The notes under the pieces are model-generated. The model was not told where the DNA came from. It searched no databases and saw only the letters and a list, made by a program, of their open reading frames with translations. A DNA stretch of 64,000 bases from an uncultured delta proteobacterium (lineage in GTDB: Bacteria > Desulfobacterota > Desulfobacteria > Desulfobacterales > CAVQMW01), in assembly GCA_963713755.1 (NCBI GenBank), contig CAVQMW010000005.1, positions 1,291,074 to 1,355,073 of the forward strand, in the 5' to 3' direction. A program made the position numbers and the translations under genes. Numbering within the stretch: position 1 is the stretch's first letter; every line of letters begins with the position of its first letter. Below, piece by piece: positions 58,796 to 64,000 of the stretch.

Positions 58796-60208
58796 TTAGA
58801 TGTCGTAGTAGAGGAAGAATTCGTGGGGATGGGGCCGCAGTTTAACGGGGTTGACCTCGTTTGTGGTCTTGTACTGGATCCACATGTCGATGGCGTCCTG
58901 GGTAAAGACATCACCCTTTTTGAGGAATTCCTGATCCGCGGCCAGAGCGGCCAGGGCTTCCTCCAGAGAGCCGGGGGCCGATTCCACCTCGGCCAGCTCT
59001 TCCGGGGGCAGGTCGTAAATGTTCTTGTCCAGGGGGTCGCCGGGATCGATTTTGTTTTCGATGCCGTCGATCACCGCCATGAGAATGGCCGAGAAGGCCA
59101 GATAGCCGTTGCAGGAGGGATCGGGGGTGCGGAACTCGATTCGTTTGGCTTTGGGCGAGGCGCTGTACATGGGAATCCGTATCGCCGCGCTGCGGTTGCG
59201 GCTGGAGTAGGCCAGGTTCACCGGCGCTTCAAACCCGGGCACCAGCCGCTTGTAGGAGTTGGTGGTGGGGTTGGTGAAGGCGCACAGGGCCTTGCAGTGC
59301 TTCAGGATGCCGCCGATGGCGTAGAGCGCCTCCTGGGAGACCCCGGCGTATTTGTCCCCTGCAAACAGGGGCTGGCCTTCCTTCCAGATACTGACATGGG
59401 TATGCATGCCGGTGCCGTTGTCTTCGAAAATCGGCTTGGGCATGAAGGTTACCGTGTGGCCGTGTTTGTAGGCCACGTTGCGCAGCACATACTTGAACCA
59501 CATGAGCTGGTCGGCCATGATCAGCAGCGGTTTGAAGCGCATGTCGATTTCCGCCTGGCCGGCAGTAGCCACCTCGTGGTGCTGGGCTTCGATGTCGATT
59601 CCCAGGCTTTCCAGCACCAGCAGCATTTCCGTGCGCAGATCCTGGAACTTATCCGTGGGTGGGACTGGGAAATAGCCCTCTTTGTGGCGGGGCTTGTAGC
59701 CCAGGTTGGGGCACTCTTCGCGGCCGGTATTCCAGGAACCTTCGATGGAATCGATCTGATAGAAAGCGCCATTCTTGTCCGAATCGTAGCGGATGTCGTC
59801 AAAAATGAAGAATTCAGCTTCCGGGCCGATAAAGGCGGTGTCTCCCAGGCCGGACATCTTGAGATAATTTTCGGCCTTCTTGGCGATGTAGCGGGGGTCA
59901 CGGCTGTAGGGCTCGCGGGTGATGGGATCGACAATGTCGCCGATCAGCACCAGGGTCGGCTCGGCGAAAAAGGGGTCCATCTTGGCGGTGCTCGCATCGG
60001 GAATTACCAGCATGTCACTGGCGTTGATGGGCTGCCAGCCGCGAATACTGGAACCGTCAAAGCCCAGGCCGTCCTCGAAAAGGTCCTCGTTGAGTTCCGA
60101 AACTGGAATGGTGAAGTGCTGCCAGAGGCCGGGAAAATCCATAAAGCGCACATCCACGACTTTGGTCTTGTTCTCTTTGGCGAAGCTGATTACATCTTTG
60201 GGGGTCAT
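58796..60208 (-). CDS. glnA: glutamine synthetase type I
   Basis: FTIPVSEL.., [18 protein letters not shown], and the adenylylation-loop-like NIYDLPPEE. Confidence 0.95.
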   Translation of the reverse strand: MTPKDVISFAKENKTKVVDVRFMDFPGLWQHFTIPVSELNEDLFEDGLGFDGSSIRGWQPINASDMLVIPDASTAKMDPFFAEPTLVLIGDIVDPITREPYSRDPRYIAKKAENYLKMSGLGDTAFIGPEAEFFIFDDIRYDSDKNGAFYQIDSIEGSWNTGREECPNLGYKPRHKEGYFPVPPTDKFQDLRTEMLLVLESLGIDIEAQHHEVATAGQAEIDMRFKPLLIMADQLMWFKYVLRNVAYKHGHTVTFMPKPIFEDNGTGMHTHVSIWKEGQPLFAGDKYAGVSQEALYAIGGILKHCKALCAFTNPTTNSYKRLVPGFEAPVNLAYSSRNRSAAIRIPMYSASPKAKRIEFRTPDPSCNGYLAFSAILMAVIDGIENKIDPGDPLDKNIYDLPPEELAEVESAPGSLEEALAALAADQEFLKKGDVFTQDAIDMWIQYKTTNEVNPVKLRPHPHEFFLYYDI

Positions 60209-60323
60209 TGGGTTTTCCTCCTGTTGACATTGAAAAAAAGGGGTTTAGAAGCATGATAATGTTCACCCCGCCGGCCTGGTTGGGGGCGGCAGAGTGGGTT
60301 GGTTGAATTGGGTTTTAGGCCCT

Positions 60324-60740
<417 letters not shown>

Positions 60741-60922
60741 TCAGCGGCGTTGTGAAAACACACAATATGCCTGATATTCTTTAGTTTTCACGCCTTGCTG
60801 AGCGGGCGCCTGAACTCTGCAAATCTGCGAAGTTATTTATTCGCAAACCCTAAGTGCCCGTTCCGGTATTCGAAAATGGTTGCCGGTGGGGTGGATCTTC
60901 CAAATTGCTAAAAGGTTCGAAT

Positions 60923-63658
60923 TTATCTTTTGGGCAAAATCTCCAAGAGAATATTGCGAATGTTTGCGGTATGCGCTTCCTCGGTAATTTTCTGGCCGTC
61001 GAAATCGCGGACGTAAAAGATATCCATGACTTGATCGACGACGGTGGTGATTTTGGAAACCCAGATGTCGAGCCCCATTTCATAGATGGTGGTGGTGACA
61101 TCGAACAACAGGCCGGGGTAGTCATCGGAGATAATCTCCAGGATGGTGAAAAAGCTGGAGCTCTGGTTGTCGATGCGCACCTCGGAAAGCGGCATATGGG
61201 GCGCGGCGGGTGCGCGGCGGGTCCGACTGCCGTTGCCCGTGCGCTTGGCTGCCACGGCGGCCTTGAGATCTAATTGGCCGTTCAGCGCTAGGTGGAGATG
61301 GTTCTGGGCCCGCTGCCAGCGTTCATCTTCGAACATCGGGTCTGGCGGCGGCGCCACGTGGAAGATGTCCAGGGCGATCCGGTTGCGCCAGGTAAACACC
61401 TGGGCGTCCAGAATGTTCACGCTGTTTAAGGTGAGCACCCCGGCGATTTTGGCGAACAAGCCCGGCCGGTCTTTGGCACAGACGGTGACGGTGCGGGTGT
61501 CGGTCTCTTTTCCGGTTTCGATCTCCCAGGCAAACTCGGTCTCGCCCATACGGCTGAAGAGTGTGATGTGGCGCTGCATTTGCGCCACGGGCATCGCCAT
61601 GAGATAGCGGGGCGCCATGGCCGGGATCACCTCCGCGGCCGTCGCCGCCAGGTCCGAGCCAGCCAAAGCGGCCGTCACCTGCTCCTTTTTGCCTTGGACC
61701 TTTCTGACGGTTTTGGGGTGGGTCAGTTCCCCGGTTTTGAGGAAGTTGTGCACCTTGATGAAAAGCTCCCGGAGCATGGCGGCATTCCACTGGTTCCAGG
61801 CTTTCGGCCCCGTGGCCATGGAGTCGGCCACGGTGAGCAGATAGAGGATCTGCAGCCGCTCCAGGGTTCCCACCCGCCCGGCGCAGGCCAAGGCCGTCTC
61901 TTCATCGTTCAAGTCCCGGCGGGTGGCGGTTTTGATCAAATCGAGGTGCTGGGCCACCATGGCGCAAATGATCTCGATATCCTTGAGCGCCAGACCCATG
62001 CGCGTCAGAATGGTATAGGCCAGTTTTGCGCCGCTGGCCGAGTGATCATCCCCGGGAACGCCCTTGCCGATGTCGTGGAGCAACCCGGCCCAAAGCAGCC
62101 GTTTGCGGCTGGGCAGCGCCTTGTAGAGATCCTGATAGAGGGGATCAAATTGAGGGTCGTCATCCTTGGCCAGTCCCAATTTCTGGATGGCCTGAACCGT
62201 TCGGATGGCGTGCCGTGCCACCGGAAAGATGTGGTACTCGTTGTACTGGATGCGGTTGAGAATGGCGGCGAACTCCGGGATGAACGCGGCCAGAAATCCG
62301 GTTTGCAACATGGCGTTGAGCACGTCGAACACCGGGGAGGGGACGCTGAGAATGCGTTCGAAAGATTTCACCACCAGCGGGTCGCCGCGAAATCTGTCAT
62401 CCACCAGATGGCTGAACTCGCGAATCAGCCGCTTGGCCTCGGTGCCCAGGGGCAGTTTGAGCCGGGCGCTCTCTTCGAAGATCAGCATCAGCAGCGCGGG
62501 ATCGGCCACAATCTGTTCCGCGGCGGCAAAGGCCAGGGTGCGCTGATCGGCCACCAGGCCTCCATAGCGGCTCTTCATGGGCGGCCGCCGGCCGGGAAGG
62601 ATGCGCTTCAGCGGACCGAATTCGTGGAGGAACATCAAGTGTTTCTCCTTGATCAGCTCCATGTTGCGATGCAGCTCACTGAGGAAGTTCTCCACCGGGC
62701 GCAGGCCCTCGCTGGGGGTATAGCCCATCTCCGCGGAGAGTTTGATCTGGTGCTCCAGATAGATCTGATCGCACTTGCGGCCGGTGAGACGGTGCAGATG
62801 ATTGCGTGTATTCCAGATAAATTCCGTGGCTCGGCACAGCTCCCCATACTCCTCATGGGAGAACAGGCCGTTAAACTCCAGGTCCCGCCGCTGGGTGAAG
62901 TTGTATTTGATTTTTCCGATCCACAAAATTGTATGGTAGTCCCGCAGGCCGCCCTGGCCCTCTTTGAGGTTGGGCTCCAGCAAATATGAACTGTCGCCGT
63001 GTTGCCGGTGGCGGGCCAAATTGCGGTCCACCAGCCAGTTGACGACTTTGGCGGCTTGCCGGGATAAGATTTTTTGGCGCAGGGCCAGCTTCAGATCGGA
63101 AAACAGGGGCGAGGCGCCGCAAATAAAGCGTGCATCCAGCAGGGAGGTCAGCACCTCGAAATCCTTACGCGCCAGAGCCAGGCATTCGCGCAAGGCACGC
63201 GTGGCGTAGCCCACCTCCAGGCCTAGGTCCCAGAGGGGATAGACCATCTCTTGAATCAACCCCTCGGCCCTCGCGGGAACCTTCTTATGGAACAGAATGA
63301 GCAGATCCACGTCAGAGTGCAGGCACTGTTCCTGGCGGCCGTAGCCCCCCAGGGCGACCATGGTGTAGGGGTTGCGGATAAAATCGATGGTGGGGCCGGT
63401 AAGACTCTCTTCGTAGCTCTCCCGCAGGTACTCATCGATAAGACCGGCGTTGGCACGGATAAAATCGGTGGCCGGCCTTTCCAGCCCCTGGTCCAGGAGC
63501 GCCCTGCGGCCCGCTTCAAGACGCTGGGCGGCGCTCAGTGCGGGACGGATGGTGGATGTCGAGAGACTCGGCATGGTTCGGCCTTTGGATTGGGGTTGCA
63601 TGGGCAATCGCCCTATCAAGAGTGGTATATCAAGAGCCGTGCCAAGCCCCTGAATCAA
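60923..63658 (-). CDS. glnD: [protein-PII] uridylyltransferase / uridylyl-removing enzyme
   Basis: Nucleotidyltransferase block GGYGRQEQCLHSDVDLL, HD domain LLHDIGKG and two C-terminal ACT domains. The start is uncertain (TTG 63658, ATG 63601 or ATG 63574). Confidence 0.92.
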   Translation of the reverse strand: MIQGLGTALDIPLLIGRLPMQPQSKGRTMPSLSTSTIRPALSAAQRLEAGRRALLDQGLERPATDFIRANAGLIDEYLRESYEESLTGPTIDFIRNPYTMVALGGYGRQEQCLHSDVDLLILFHKKVPARAEGLIQEMVYPLWDLGLEVGYATRALRECLALARKDFEVLTSLLDARFICGASPLFSDLKLALRQKILSRQAAKVVNWLVDRNLARHRQHGDSSYLLEPNLKEGQGGLRDYHTILWIGKIKYNFTQRRDLEFNGLFSHEEYGELCRATEFIWNTRNHLHRLTGRKCDQIYLEHQIKLSAEMGYTPSEGLRPVENFLSELHRNMELIKEKHLMFLHEFGPLKRILPGRRPPMKSRYGGLVADQRTLAFAAAEQIVADPALLMLIFEESARLKLPLGTEAKRLIREFSHLVDDRFRGDPLVVKSFERILSVPSPVFDVLNAMLQTGFLAAFIPEFAAILNRIQYNEYHIFPVARHAIRTVQAIQKLGLAKDDDPQFDPLYQDLYKALPSRKRLLWAGLLHDIGKGVPGDDHSASGAKLAYTILTRMGLALKDIEIICAMVAQHLDLIKTATRRDLNDEETALACAGRVGTLERLQILYLLTVADSMATGPKAWNQWNAAMLRELFIKVHNFLKTGELTHPKTVRKVQGKKEQVTAALAGSDLAATAAEVIPAMAPRYLMAMPVAQMQRHITLFSRMGETEFAWEIETGKETDTRTVTVCAKDRPGLFAKIAGVLTLNSVNILDAQVFTWRNRIALDIFHVAPPPDPMFEDERWQRAQNHLHLALNGQLDLKAAVAAKRTGNGSRTRRAPAAPHMPLSEVRIDNQSSSFFTILEIISDDYPGLLFDVTTTIYEMGLDIWVSKITTVVDQVMDIFYVRDFDGQKITEEAHTANIRNILLEILPKR

Positions 63659-63825
63659 TAAAAATTACCAATTAAATCTGATACATATTTACATATTTGA
63701 ATTGTGTCAATATTATTTTTAAAATGCAAAATTGTAATAAAAAGCCCAAATTTTTTCCATAAATGTTCTATTCAGTGCCTGACCAAATATCCCCTCCCCC
63801 TTCAAGGCCAAGCCTTTACCCCCGC

Positions 63826-63853
63826 TTGACACAGGATGTGATCATTCTATAAT
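63826..63853 (+). promoter_or_regulatory. near-consensus sigma-70 promoter facing the right window edge
   Basis: TTGACA, 16 nt spacer, TATAAT. It shares the 12-mer TAATTTCATATA with the arsR promoter region. Confidence 0.5.
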
Positions 63854-63894
63854 AATTTCATATAATTAAATATGGATGACGCTAAAGCTTCACC

Positions 63895-63990
63895 GTGTGC
63901 CCCGCCCCTGCCAACCGCGGGGACAGGTTCCGCGGGAATGACAAATCCTACCAACTGCACGTCATCTCCGCCTAAACGGAGATCCATTAG
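63895..63990. repeat. cluster of REP-like hairpins
   Basis: ccccgc..gcgggg, ttccgcgggaatgac (shared with 12931-12946) and atctccg-cctaaa-cggagat. Confidence 0.45.
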
Positions 63991-64000
63991 CAGTGCCGGG

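Noticed and set aside
58823-60256. 477-aa plus-strand ORF
   Set aside because: It is antisense to glutamine synthetase.
60842-60858. Sigma-54-like GGGCAC..TTTGC upstream of glnB (minus strand)
   Set aside because: The GG-to-GC spacing is two nucleotides too long for a functional -24/-12 promoter.
61568-62989. 473-aa plus-strand ORF
   Set aside because: It is antisense to glnD.
63893-64000. ATG-initiated ORF (MDDAKASPCAPPLPTAG..) downstream of the strong promoter at the right edge
   Set aside because: The reading frame consists of REP-like hairpin sequence and has no Shine-Dalgarno. The promoter's real target is probably beyond the window or is a non-coding transcript.

Overview
GC-rich chromosomal segment that looks like a sulfate-reducing deltaproteobacterium (Desulfobacterales-like). 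That placement is inferred from gene content and repeat families, not proven. I support about 49 protein genes, one tRNA, several promoters and terminators, and three families of short palindromic repeats. I found no rRNA, CRISPR array, transposase or integrase. Gene order, left to right: a hybrid PAS histidine kinase cut by the window edge; an RND efflux operon (MFP-RND-OMF); arsR, an ArsP-like permease and a small thioredoxin-like protein; a bacterial split-type pyrrolysine cassette (pylT, anticodon CUA, then pylSc-pylD-pylSn); FGGY kinase, rdgB, GTP-type PEPCK, ampG, a 583-aa hypothetical and a DEAD-box helicase; a repeat-rich gap with a frameshifted RHS fragment; a carboxylate module (double-Cache kinase, sigma-54 response regulator, acyl-CoA synthetase, SatP-type channel, secreted Cache protein); a consensus sigma-54 promoter driving a degenerate receiver protein; an orphan ParA beside two paralogous small helical proteins; an FGE-like enzyme and an acidic Cys-rich secreted protein; LAB_N plus two tandem GT39 (ArnT/PMT-like) glycosyltransferases with an OmpR-type two-component system; a seven-gene array cooC-HDAC-CBS-prmA-MBL-sirtuin-ASKHA(DUF4445); ubiB-like kinase, aroK and a GAF sigma-54 activator; an AT-rich islet (DUF4160/DUF2442 and a BrnT remnant); asmA and a MaoC dehydratase; and glnA-glnB-glnD. 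The most notable content is the Pyl cassette. It lacks pylB and pylC. pylD ends in TAG one codon upstream of, and in frame with, the pylSn ATG. TAG ends about 29% of the genes here. Many long ORFs in the supplied track are antisense shadows of real genes in GC-rich DNA, and I rejected them.
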